Source: Patescibacteria group bacterium
Lineage (GTDB): Bacteria; Patescibacteriota; Patescibacteriia; UBA10025; JAHIVO01
DNA length: 64,000 bases
Direction: 5' to 3'
Assembly: GCA_028718605.1 (NCBI GenBank)
Contig: JAQULM010000001.1
Span: 263,422 to 327,421, forward strand
Below are positions 1 through 9,080 of this stretch, in pieces. Each line of letters opens with the position of its first letter. Position 1 is the first letter of the stretch. A program made the position numbers and the translations under genes. Below the pieces are notes generated by a model, which worked only from the letters and a program-made list of their open reading frames with translations, made no database searches and was not told the origin of the DNA.

Positions 1-612
1 TTTTACATATTCGGAGTGGGTTATGATAACGACTGTTTTACCGTGTTTTGTTTTAAGATCCGCGAGAATGCGTATGATATCTTCGCCGGTCTTTGAGTCG
101 AGGTTGCCGGTCGGCTCATCGGCGAGGATAATGTCAGGCTCATTGATGAGCGCGCGTGCGATCGCGACGCGTTGCTGCTCGCCGCCCGAGAGGAGGCTTG
201 GCAGGTGATGTGCGCGCTGGTCCAAGCTGAGCTGTTGTAAGACTGCCATAACACGCTTGCGATCGTGGGATGTGCGTTTGGCGATGACCGCTTCGACGTT
301 CTGCGCGGCGGTGAGGGTGGGAATCAGGTTAAAATTCTGGAACACGTACCCCATTGTATTGCGGCGGATGTTCGTCAGTTTCGCGTCACTGATCTTCGCG
401 ATATTCACGCCGTTAATTTCGATCTCACCCGAGGTCGGCCGGTCGAGGCCTCCGATCAGCATCAGGAGCGTGCTCTTGCCTGAGCCAGACGGCCCGATAA
501 CGGCGAGAAGGTCGCCTTTTTCAACTTCGAGGTTCACGCCGTCAACGGCATTGATTGTTTTATTCCCCTGCTGGTAACGTTTGGAGAGATTCTTGGCTTT
601 GATGATTGGCAT
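1..612 (-). CDS. ABC transporter ATP-binding protein (MacB/LolD/FtsE-like), 3' end runs off the window
   Basis: Reverse-strand translation from ATG at 612 reads MPIIKAKNLSKRYQQGNKTINAVDGVNLEVEKGDLLAVIGPSGSGKSTLL (Walker A), then LSGGEQQR signature and DEPTGNLD Walker B. No stop before position 1, so it is absent from the ORF track. Confidence 0.85.
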   Translation of the reverse strand, partial: MPIIKAKNLSKRYQQGNKTINAVDGVNLEVEKGDLLAVIGPSGSGKSTLLMLIGGLDRPTSGEIEINGVNIAKISDAKLTNIRRNTMGYVFQNFNLIPTLTAAQNVEAVIAKRTSHDRKRVMAVLQQLSLDQRAHHLPSLLSGGEQQRVAIARALINEPDIILADEPTGNLDSKTGEDIIRILADLKTKHGKTVVIITHSEYVK

Positions 613-641
613 AGGAGAGAGAGGGGTTAGTGCGAATTATT

Positions 642-2297
642 TTACTCGAGATTGCGCAGCGCTTCCTGCGGCTTCATCTTGGAGGCTTTTAAGGCGGCGA
701 GTGTGCCTGCTACAAACGAACCGACAATGGCGACCAAAGATCCGAGCAACATCGTCAGGTACGTGGAAGCGACGGTCAGCTGCACTGTCGTGGTCGTGCT
801 GTTCGAAGCATCCGTCTCGCCCCCAAACATCCTGCGCGCAAAGCCAAATGGGCTGTCAGTTGAGGCGTTTGCGACGGTGGCCGTCAATGAAATATCGTAG
901 TGGTTCATCAGAGCGATCGCGCCGACAGCCAATCCGATGCCGCACACGGCGCCGAAAACGCCGAGTACGATATTTTCGGCGACAACCTGGCGAACAATCC
1001 GCGTATTGCTCCAGCCGATCGCTTTCAGCGTGCCGATCTCCCGGATCCGCTTATTGACCGAAAAAACAGTGAGCAGGCTGACAATGATAAACGCCGCAGC
1101 GATGACAATAATGCTCGTCACCCCGATGAACCTATTCGTTAGATTTGCGGCATTCACGAGGCTGCCCGTTACCTCTTTGGCTGTGTCATTGGAATCGGTC
1201 GCTTTCGCGCCGACGAACGCATCCTCGAGCGCAGTGCTTGTCTCCTCGACCGACTGCGCATTCGTCGACTTCACGAGTATGATGTTGATCCGGTCCGCTT
1301 TACCGGACATCGACTGGAGGTCAGCGAGCGGCAGGTATAAATCCGCGGTGTTGGTGTACAGCTGCGGCTCGACGATGCCCACCAGCGTGAGGGCCTTCCC
1401 CCCGAGTTCAATCGTACCGCCGAGTGCGTAACTCTTTTTATCCGCATACGCTTTATTCGCGATCACCTGGTCAGCGCCCGAAAACCATGCCCCGCTCGTT
1501 ACCTGTCCGGGCAGTATCAGGCCGATGTCCGTTTTCGTGGTGTCAACGCCTGCCACGGTCAAATTGCCCGTGCTAATGTTCGTCTCGATCGGACCGACTT
1601 CCTGCCGGTACGTCCGTGACGGCGCGACAAATGTCATCGACTTCTGGCGAAACCGTTCGGGCATCGCCGCGTCCATCGCATCCCGCATGTACTCCATGCC
1701 CTCGTGGGAGCGGGGATCAACGCCCCGTTCCTTCAACTCAGCTTCTGCTTTCGTGCGGGCAGCGTCCTGCGCGGCGCGCTCCCCGTCAGTCATTGGTTCG
1801 ATGTCTTCGTTGACTTCAAATGTTTCTCCGCCAGTTGTAATGTCGACGGTAATATCTGGAACGGTGCCCTCCTGGTGCATGACGGTCATAATCAATCCGG
1901 CAGCTGCTTCCTTAACGAGTGTCGGATTAAGATTGTCCATTTCTGCCGCATCGAACGTCAACATTGATCCCGGCATAAAATTATCCTTGGAAAACGCCTC
2001 GCCCGGATCCCCAAGCTCCGCAAGATTCATGCCGATACTGTTGTCTTCCATCATGTCGTTGCGGCTTGTCTCGTCGATCGCCGCCATATTTTCCGCATCA
2101 ACTGACCGGGTTACAATGATGTCTGTCCCCACATTTTGGAGCGGGTTCAAAACCTTATCCTGCGCTGTCGACAGGCTTTGGGATACCGAGATAATCACAA
2201 TGATGATCGCGCTCGCCATCGCCAGGCCGAACGTGACAGTCAGTGTTTTACTCCAACGGCGGGTCAATTCCGCCCATAGATACCGAAGGTAGAACAT
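642..2297 (-). CDS. ABC transporter permease, FtsX/MacB family, with a large extracytoplasmic domain
   Basis: 551 aa with an N-terminal TM segment, a roughly 300-aa soluble domain and a C-terminal FtsX-like 3-TM bundle. It sits immediately upstream of the ATPase gene on the same strand. Confidence 0.8.
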   Translation of the reverse strand: MFYLRYLWAELTRRWSKTLTVTFGLAMASAIIIVIISVSQSLSTAQDKVLNPLQNVGTDIIVTRSVDAENMAAIDETSRNDMMEDNSIGMNLAELGDPGEAFSKDNFMPGSMLTFDAAEMDNLNPTLVKEAAAGLIMTVMHQEGTVPDITVDITTGGETFEVNEDIEPMTDGERAAQDAARTKAEAELKERGVDPRSHEGMEYMRDAMDAAMPERFRQKSMTFVAPSRTYRQEVGPIETNISTGNLTVAGVDTTKTDIGLILPGQVTSGAWFSGADQVIANKAYADKKSYALGGTIELGGKALTLVGIVEPQLYTNTADLYLPLADLQSMSGKADRINIILVKSTNAQSVEETSTALEDAFVGAKATDSNDTAKEVTGSLVNAANLTNRFIGVTSIIVIAAAFIIVSLLTVFSVNKRIREIGTLKAIGWSNTRIVRQVVAENIVLGVFGAVCGIGLAVGAIALMNHYDISLTATVANASTDSPFGFARRMFGGETDASNSTTTTVQLTVASTYLTMLLGSLVAIVGSFVAGTLAALKASKMKPQEALRNLE

Positions 2298-2485
2298 AGG
2301 CTTTTTCTTACGAAAAAAATTATAATTAAAAAAAGTTACTCAGCCCTGTTATTCCATGGCTTTATCGTAACGGAATCATTTGAATTTCGCGTGAAGAGCC
2401 GCATTCAACCTACTTTTTGGGTAGTTCTGAAAAACTTCTGAGCTTCCCAACTGTTTTGCCCCAATACAAAAAATCGTTGAATAAC

Positions 2486-2845
2486 CTAGCCGCCGGCAAC
2501 ATTGCTGGTCGTCCCAACAACAAACGTAACAATCGCCCACGCGAGTAAGACGACGACCAAACCGATAACAGCGGCGATAATAATCTTCTTCGAAGAAGCA
2601 GCCCGTTCTGCGTTGCCACCGCCGACTGTTAATAAAATAAATCCGCCGTAGATAATCATGATGACGGCGATTAAAGCCAGGAACCCTAATACCCATTGAA
2701 CGACCGTAATGACTGCCGACTCCAAATCCGCGGTCCCGATGCCAAACGTCGAGCCATAGCCACCGACGTTAACCTGCGCCGAGGCGATGCAGGGCAGCAG
2801 AACGATGAGCGTGGAAAGCGCATACCCGACGATTTTCGTCTTCAT
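2486..2845 (-). CDS. T4SS-pilin-like (VirB2/TrbC topology) small membrane protein, paralog 1
   Basis: 119 aa with a signal peptide ending ASAQVN, two long hydrophobic helices split by a GGGNAERAASSKK loop, and an LGxGxADLES ... QWxLGFL ... IYGGF ... AKKII ... AVIGLxVVLLAWAIV pattern. It is clearly paralogous to 27785..28141. Confidence 0.6.
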   Translation of the reverse strand: MKTKIVGYALSTLIVLLPCIASAQVNVGGYGSTFGIGTADLESAVITVVQWVLGFLALIAVIMIIYGGFILLTVGGGNAERAASSKKIIIAAVIGLVVVLLAWAIVTFVVGTTSNVAGG

Positions 2846-2867
2846 ACAATTGTATTTAACTTACTTT

Positions 2868-4904
2868 TTATGCAACCTTTGGCTGGGCAAATTGGCTATT
2901 GTAGAGCGAAGCGTAAAAACCATTCTGCGCAAGCAGTTGCTCGTGCTTGCCCTGCTCGACGATATTACCGCCACGCATCACCAGAATGAGGTCTGCATTG
3001 CGGATCGTAGACAACCGGTGTGCGATAACAAAGCTCGTCTTGCCTTTCATCAGCCGCTCCATCGCCTGTTGGATCAATAATTCCGTACGCGTGTCAACGG
3101 AGCTCGTCGCTTCGTCTAAAATGAGCATGGGGGTTTTCACGAGCATAGCGCGGGCGATCGTCAGGAGTTGCTTCTCACCCTGCGAAATGTTATTCGCCTC
3201 TTCGTCGAGAACCATATCGTAACCGTGCGGCAACGAGTGCACGAAATGGTCTACGTGGGCAGCCCGGGCCGCTTCGACAATCTCCTGTTCAGTTGCGTCT
3301 GGTTTGCCGTACGCCAGGTTTTCACGGATCGTCCCTTTGAAAAGCCACGTATCCTGGAGTACCATGCCGAAAAGCTTGCGGACGTCTGACCGTTTTATTG
3401 ACTGGATATTAACCCCGTCAACGGAAATCGAACCGCTGTTCACGTCGTAGAAGCGCATCAGCAAATTGACCATGGTCGTTTTACCGGCACCGGTTGGGCC
3501 GACAATGGCGATTCGCTGGCCGGGTTGAATATGGGCCGTGAAATCACCGATAATTATTGTGTCCGGATTGTAGCCAAAATGCACATGATCAAATTCCACC
3601 GCACCCCTGACGTTCGCGAGGGCAGGCGCGCCGACAGGATCAGCCGACTCCTCTGCTTCTTCCATGAACTCAAAGACGCGTTCGGCAGCAGCAGCGGTCG
3701 ACTGGAGGACGTTGGCAATATTCGCTGTCTGTGCGACTGGCTGGTTAAACTGGCTCACGTACTGAATAAACGCCTGGATATCGCCGATGTTGATCCGACC
3801 GTGGATCGCCAGATACCCGCCCAATACCGCAACGCCGACGTACCCGATATTTCCCACGAAATTGATGATCGGAAACAAGAGGCCGGAAAAGAAATTCGAT
3901 TTCCATGCGCTGCCGTGCAGCTGGGTATTGTGCTTGGTAAAGGTTGCGATTGAACGGGCTTGGCCATTGAAGACCCTCATCACGTTATGGCCGCCGTACA
4001 TTTCCTCGATGTGTCCGTTAAGGTGCCCGAGCGTGTCCTGTTGGAGCTTGAAATACCGCTGCGACCGCTTAACGACTGTCATGATGAGCCCGAGGCTCAA
4101 GGGGAGCGTGATAACGGCGACGAGCGTCATCTGCCAGCTGATTGAAAGCATCATGACCAGTATGCCGATGATCATCGTGATCGAGGAAATGATCTGCGAG
4201 AGCGATTGGTTCAATGTCTGGCTCACGGTGTCAACGTCGTTCGTAATCCGGCTTAGCACCTCGCCGTGGGTTGTCCGGTCAAAATAGCGGAGCGGCATGC
4301 GCCCGATCTTGGTGGAAATGTCGCGGCGGAGCCGATACGTCACTTTTTGGGTGACGCTCGTCATGATCCAGCCCTGGATGTAGCTGAAAATGGCGCTCAA
4401 ACCAAAGAGGACCAGCAGCGTGATCGCGATCGATATGAGCTTTGCGTAATCAAACGAGGGCCTACTCGACAGGTCAAGCGAAGAAATTTTATCAATGGCC
4501 CCTGATGGCATTGCGCTGGTAACGCTCTCGGGGAGCTTTTTCAATACATCCGCCCCCGTTGTGCCGGGAGGCAACACCGTGCCAGCCGGCAGGCGCTGCA
4601 CGATCTGGTCATACGCCGTCCGGCGGATGAAATCGTCCACGACCTGGTTGGTCATGTTCCCCAAAATTTTCGGGCTGGCAATGGCGAAAACCGTGCTCGC
4701 GATGGTAAAAATAACGACGATCGTGACCGAAATCCAGAACGGCTTCAGGTACCCGCCGAGCTGGCGCATCGTTTTTTTGAAGTTCTTCGCTTTTTGGCCG
4801 GGCATCATCATCCCCATCGGCCCATGGCCCATTGGCCCGCCCCGCCGTTTCGATTGCGCGGTTCCTATGTTCTGCACTGGCGTTGGTTGTTTCGGTGCGC
4901 TCAT
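2868..4904 (-). CDS. ABC exporter, fused permease-ATPase (type I exporter; EfrB/YheH/LmrD-like half transporter)
   Basis: N-terminal GGPMGHGPMGMMMPGQKAKNFKKTMRQLGGYLKPF motif, six TM helices, and a C-terminal NBD (GPTGAGKTT, LSGGQKQ, ILDEATS). Start taken at ATG 4904 (MSAPKQ...) with a GGAGG 7 nt upstream. ATGA overlap with the upstream gene. Confidence 0.85.
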   Translation of the reverse strand: MSAPKQPTPVQNIGTAQSKRRGGPMGHGPMGMMMPGQKAKNFKKTMRQLGGYLKPFWISVTIVVIFTIASTVFAIASPKILGNMTNQVVDDFIRRTAYDQIVQRLPAGTVLPPGTTGADVLKKLPESVTSAMPSGAIDKISSLDLSSRPSFDYAKLISIAITLLVLFGLSAIFSYIQGWIMTSVTQKVTYRLRRDISTKIGRMPLRYFDRTTHGEVLSRITNDVDTVSQTLNQSLSQIISSITMIIGILVMMLSISWQMTLVAVITLPLSLGLIMTVVKRSQRYFKLQQDTLGHLNGHIEEMYGGHNVMRVFNGQARSIATFTKHNTQLHGSAWKSNFFSGLLFPIINFVGNIGYVGVAVLGGYLAIHGRINIGDIQAFIQYVSQFNQPVAQTANIANVLQSTAAAAERVFEFMEEAEESADPVGAPALANVRGAVEFDHVHFGYNPDTIIIGDFTAHIQPGQRIAIVGPTGAGKTTMVNLLMRFYDVNSGSISVDGVNIQSIKRSDVRKLFGMVLQDTWLFKGTIRENLAYGKPDATEQEIVEAARAAHVDHFVHSLPHGYDMVLDEEANNISQGEKQLLTIARAMLVKTPMLILDEATSSVDTRTELLIQQAMERLMKGKTSFVIAHRLSTIRNADLILVMRGGNIVEQGKHEQLLAQNGFYASLYNSQFAQPKVA

Positions 4905-6688
4905 ACAGGTGCCTCCGTTGGTATGTGCCGCGGTTGCCGAGTAGCGCGGTGCGTCAGTTCCTCTTCTGACAACTGTGACGTCGCGATCTCCCGGTACACC
5001 GGGCACGAACCCATAAGCTCTTCGTGCGTGCCCTGCCCAACGATTCGCCCCTCGTCGAGAACGATAATCTTGTCGGCATTCATGATCGTGCTAATCCGCT
5101 GGGCAACAATCAGGACGGTTGTATTGTCCGTCGCTGCAGTCAGCGCGTGGCGGAGCTTCGCGTCAGTGGCGAAGTCCAATGCAGAAAAGCTGTCATCAAA
5201 AATGAATAGCGCGGGCTTGCGGATGATCGCGCGGGCAATCGACAAGCGCTGCTTCTGCCCGCCCGAGACGTTCGTCCCGCCCTGCGCTATCGCACCCTGG
5301 TACTGCCCGTCGAGCCTCTCGATGAATTCCTTGGCCTGCGCGATCTCGGCAGCCCACTTCACGTCCCCGTCGGATGCGTGCGGCGCGCCGTATTTCAAAT
5401 TACTTTCCACGGTGCCGGAAAACAGCACTCCCTGCTGGGGGACATACCCAATTTTTGAATACAAATCCTCCATACGCATATCACGGACATCAATGCCATC
5501 AATTTTAATAGACCCTTTGGTCACGTCATAAAACCTCGGAATCAAGTTGATGAGGGTTGATTTTCCGCTGCCCGTGCTGCCCACAAATGCTGTTGTTTGT
5601 CCTGGCAGCGCGGTGAAGGAAATGTCATGGAGAACCGGCTCGTCTGCACCCGCGTACGAAAACGTAACGTCATCGAATTCAACTCTCCCCGCGCGGACCT
5701 TCGATGCGTCAGCGGGCTTTTTCGGATCCTTGATGGCAACCGTCGTCGAAATGACTTCGGAAATGCGCTCGATAGAAACTGCGGCACGCGGTACCATAAT
5801 GAATATCATGGTAATCATCAGGAAGGCGAAGATTGCTTGCATTGCGTACTGCATGAATGCGAGCATTTGGCCGATCTGCAAATTGCCCATATCAATCTGG
5901 TGCGCACCGTACCAAACGATCCCGAGCGTCGTGAGGTTCATGATCAGCATCATCATCGGGAACATAATAACCATCAGGCGGTTGACGAAGAGGGTAACTT
6001 TCGTCAGCTCAAGGTTCGCACCGTCGAACTTCTTCTCTTCTGCTCGTTCGCGGTTGAAGGCGCGGATGACGCGGAGGCCTGTCAGAATTTCACGGCTGAC
6101 GAGGTTAACCTTGTCGACGAGCTTTTGGAGGAGCTTGAACCGCGGGATTGCAATTTTGAACAGGACGCCGATGACAACAATTAAAATGCCGATTGCCAGG
6201 GCCATAAGCCACGTCATCGAAGGGGCGTCATGGTACGCCTTGATAACCGCCCACACGCCCATGAACGGGCCCATGAGCGCCATGCGCAAGAGCATCGCCA
6301 GGACCATCTGGATCTGCTGGACGTCGTTCGTCGAGCGGGTTATGAGCGAGGCGGTCGAAAATGCATTAAACTCATGCAAGGAGAAACTTTCGACTTTAGT
6401 AAAGAGCGCTGCCCGGATATCGCGGGAAAAGCCTGCCGAGATGCGCGATGCGAACCAGCCGACGATAACGCTTGCGGCAGCCGCACCGAGGGCGACGAGG
6501 AGCATGTTTCTGCCGTAGTTCCAAACCTGGGACATGTCTCCGCCGACAATGCCCTTATTGATGATCGAAGCCATATAATCCGGCAGCGCCAATGTTGCTG
6601 CGACCATGAGATATACCATGACCAGGAGGACAATGAATTGCCAAATGTATGGCTTGAAATAAGGTAAAATTTTTTTCATTGCATTCAA
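4901..6688 (-). CDS. ABC exporter, fused permease-ATPase (partner half transporter of a heterodimer)
   Basis: 595 aa with six TMs plus an NBD (GSTGSGKST, VSGGQKQR, IFDDSFSALD). Its stop overlaps the start of the next gene (ATGA). Confidence 0.85.
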   Translation of the reverse strand: MNAMKKILPYFKPYIWQFIVLLVMVYLMVAATLALPDYMASIINKGIVGGDMSQVWNYGRNMLLVALGAAAASVIVGWFASRISAGFSRDIRAALFTKVESFSLHEFNAFSTASLITRSTNDVQQIQMVLAMLLRMALMGPFMGVWAVIKAYHDAPSMTWLMALAIGILIVVIGVLFKIAIPRFKLLQKLVDKVNLVSREILTGLRVIRAFNRERAEEKKFDGANLELTKVTLFVNRLMVIMFPMMMLIMNLTTLGIVWYGAHQIDMGNLQIGQMLAFMQYAMQAIFAFLMITMIFIMVPRAAVSIERISEVISTTVAIKDPKKPADASKVRAGRVEFDDVTFSYAGADEPVLHDISFTALPGQTTAFVGSTGSGKSTLINLIPRFYDVTKGSIKIDGIDVRDMRMEDLYSKIGYVPQQGVLFSGTVESNLKYGAPHASDGDVKWAAEIAQAKEFIERLDGQYQGAIAQGGTNVSGGQKQRLSIARAIIRKPALFIFDDSFSALDFATDAKLRHALTAATDNTTVLIVAQRISTIMNADKIIVLDEGRIVGQGTHEELMGSCPVYREIATSQLSEEELTHRATRQPRHIPTEAPV

Positions 6689-6701
6689 TGTATTCGAGGG
6701 C

Positions 6702-6956
6702 TTACTTCATTGAAGCCTTCAGTTTCCTTAGTTCTTCTATTCCCGCGCTCATCTTATCCGTGATTTTGTCGATGAATTCATCGACCGTCTCGCTTTTCAT
6801 AAGTCCGAGAAATTTCCCGTGCCAGCAAAAAACCAACAAATGATCCCCTTCCTTGAGCCCGAGAGCCTTTCTGGCCTGGGCCGGGATGACAACTTGTCCT
6901 CTGGCGCCGATGATGGTAGCGCCATATGATGTGCCATGATGATGGGAAAAACGCAT
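6702..6956 (-). CDS. AbrB/MazE/SpoVT-family DNA-binding protein (swapped-hairpin)
   Basis: 84 aa with GQVVIPAQARKALGLKEGDHLLV, typical of the AbrB-type N-domain. Its stop is 14 nt upstream of the ABC exporter pair. Confidence 0.6.
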   Translation of the reverse strand: MRFSHHHGTSYGATIIGARGQVVIPAQARKALGLKEGDHLLVFCWHGKFLGLMKSETVDEFIDKITDKMSAGIEELRKLKASMK

Positions 6957-7053
6957 ATATATTAAGTTAATACTAAAAAGTATGAAAAATCATACCATAG
7001 GGCTACTATATGCTCCCCTTTGATATGCGTCAACGCGAGCGTTGTGGATAAGT

Positions 7054-8097
7054 CTATTGAACCGGCGCAGGTGGCTGGCCCGGCGCTTCCCCAATACTGG
7101 CTTTTTGGTTGAAAATCATCGGGCCGATCTTCAAACCAAAGTGTGACAGGAATAAGAGACCGATCGTGACTTTCACCAAATCAATTGAACGGAATATCAG
7201 CGTGTAAACGACGCCCTGCTCAGGGGGAAAGCCGAGCATGCTGAAAATAACTGCTTGCCCAGCTTCGGTGCCGCCGAATGATCCGGGAATCGGAAGCAGA
7301 AAGGTAACAATATTCAAAGTCGTGATCAGGATGACATCAAGCAAGCTTGCTTTCAATCCCATAAATACAAGAATGAGCCACATTGCCGTCAACGTGCAAA
7401 TGCCGCCAATAGACGACAAGAATAAACCTTTGTACATCATCCTCCGGTCTTTACGGAAAACGTCAATAATGATTTGTTCAAATTTGGCAATCTTATCCAT
7501 GACCTTGCTGATAAACGATAGCCGGTGCAACTGTAAGAATCGCAGAATCGCTCCAAAGAAATCCTTTTGCTGTAATGTTTTGTAATAGAAGAGCGCCATC
7601 AGAAAAATAAACAGAAGGCTGATGAAAAGAAGCACTGCGATAATTTTAATCGACAGATCGAACTTAATTAGAATGTAAACAATGCTGAACAGGAGAAATG
7701 GCAACCCAAAACTGAAATCGAGCATCTTGTCGATCACGACGGACGCGAGCCCTTGGGAAAAACGGACATTCGCGTCCTTCCTTAAGACATACGCGCGTAT
7801 CGCTTCGCCACCGACATTCGGTGACGGGGTGAGGTAGTCAACCGTATATCCAATGATTTTCGACGGAAACAATTTTGCCATGGTCACGCGAAAACCCTGG
7901 CTCTGCAATACGAGTTGCCACCGGTACATCGTGACGTAGAAGGATATGGCATACAGGACGACAATGACGAGCCACTTCGCGAATGAAAAATACGTAAACG
8001 CATCCCAGATATTACTAATGCCAACTTTGGCGATAACAGCGATAAATAAGACGATCCCGAGAATCGCTGAAAGAATAAAAAAAATGATTTTTTTCAT
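7054..8097 (-). CDS. Flippase-like / lysylphosphatidylglycerol-synthase TM-region family membrane protein (UPF0104-like)
   Basis: 347 aa with about 8 TM helices and a pattern resembling LPG_synthase_TM / flippase-like domain proteins. Confidence 0.45.
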   Translation of the reverse strand: MKKIIFFILSAILGIVLFIAVIAKVGISNIWDAFTYFSFAKWLVIVVLYAISFYVTMYRWQLVLQSQGFRVTMAKLFPSKIIGYTVDYLTPSPNVGGEAIRAYVLRKDANVRFSQGLASVVIDKMLDFSFGLPFLLFSIVYILIKFDLSIKIIAVLLFISLLFIFLMALFYYKTLQQKDFFGAILRFLQLHRLSFISKVMDKIAKFEQIIIDVFRKDRRMMYKGLFLSSIGGICTLTAMWLILVFMGLKASLLDVILITTLNIVTFLLPIPGSFGGTEAGQAVIFSMLGFPPEQGVVYTLIFRSIDLVKVTIGLLFLSHFGLKIGPMIFNQKASIGEAPGQPPAPVQ

Positions 8098-8169
8098 TGT
8101 CTACTCGGGCTTCCCCCGATAAATAGTAAGTGCCAATAGAACAATTATACATCAAAATACCGCTCCGCT

Positions 8170-8994
8170 TCAATCATTCGGGTACACAACAATCATTGCT
8201 TTCCTTCCCTGCTCGATTGCATCGCCGGTACCGTTCCAGTCATGGATTGCATTCTGCAGAACACCCGGCGCGTACTGGTACTCCTCGCCTTTCCTCGTGC
8301 CGGGGTCATTCGTGATCATCATATCTCGTGTCCATCCGCGCACGACGAGCATGTGGTACACCGGCCCTGGTGAGCGAAAATTCGGATTTCCAAGCAACCG
8401 ACCAGCAGTCGGTAGGATCACCGGCCTTCCCTCTGAAACTTCGCGTTTGATATCATCAATCGTAACGTCATACCGGACATCGACACGCTCGTATCCCCAC
8501 ATATCCTTGATGAGCTGCGCGGTCTCTTCCGCGGTCGTATCCTTAAACTTGCCGAGGTGCTCATTTTCAAAATCGACGATGCCCTGCAACTCTTGCTTGG
8601 CGATCTCTTTCGTAAACGTTTTTTTCTGCCAATAGTAGTGCACGATCAAGCTTGCGGCCTCTTCACACGACTCGTTGTCCTGTTCGGTCCACTCTGCAAA
8701 CGGCGACTGGGTTGTAAATGGCACATCCAGGTTCAATTCGTCGGGGAGCGGAATCGGCTCCGGCGCTATATTTATAGTGGCTGCATTGCTGTTCGCGCTA
8801 ATATTCACATTGACGGCCGCATCGTTCCTGTTACCCAACCGATTCAGTATATCTTCATAGGTAACAGCCGCGGGCGCTGGTTCGTGCATCCAATCATCCC
8901 ACAGCGATGCAATCCGGCCTCTCGCGAGGTACGCGAGCCCGGCAGCGATAAACAGCACCAACACTGAATTAATGATGAGTATTCTCGTTTTCAT
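8170..8994 (-). CDS. Secreted/anchored Peptidase_C39_2-like (YvpB-like) cysteine peptidase domain protein
   Basis: N-terminal TM/signal segment. FTTQSPFAEWTEQDNESCEEAASLIVHYYW matches the C39_2 Q ... C-E ... active-site region. A His/Asp-containing C-terminal part follows. Confidence 0.55.
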   Translation of the reverse strand: MKTRILIINSVLVLFIAAGLAYLARGRIASLWDDWMHEPAPAAVTYEDILNRLGNRNDAAVNVNISANSNAATINIAPEPIPLPDELNLDVPFTTQSPFAEWTEQDNESCEEAASLIVHYYWQKKTFTKEIAKQELQGIVDFENEHLGKFKDTTAEETAQLIKDMWGYERVDVRYDVTIDDIKREVSEGRPVILPTAGRLLGNPNFRSPGPVYHMLVVRGWTRDMMITNDPGTRKGEEYQYAPGVLQNAIHDWNGTGDAIEQGRKAMIVVYPND

Positions 8995-9080
8995 ACGTAT
9001 AACGATGTAGACTACTCCGGCAAACGCCGGTTGTCAACTACTTCGTACCTGCATTCCGGAGTGCCTGTAAAACCGCTCTG

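Noticed and set aside
5547-6518. 323-aa and 195-aa + strand ORFs inside the ABC exporter genes, plus similar antisense ORFs at 937..2292
   Set aside because: They overlap well-supported minus-strand transporter genes and have no start signals. Codon-bias artefacts.
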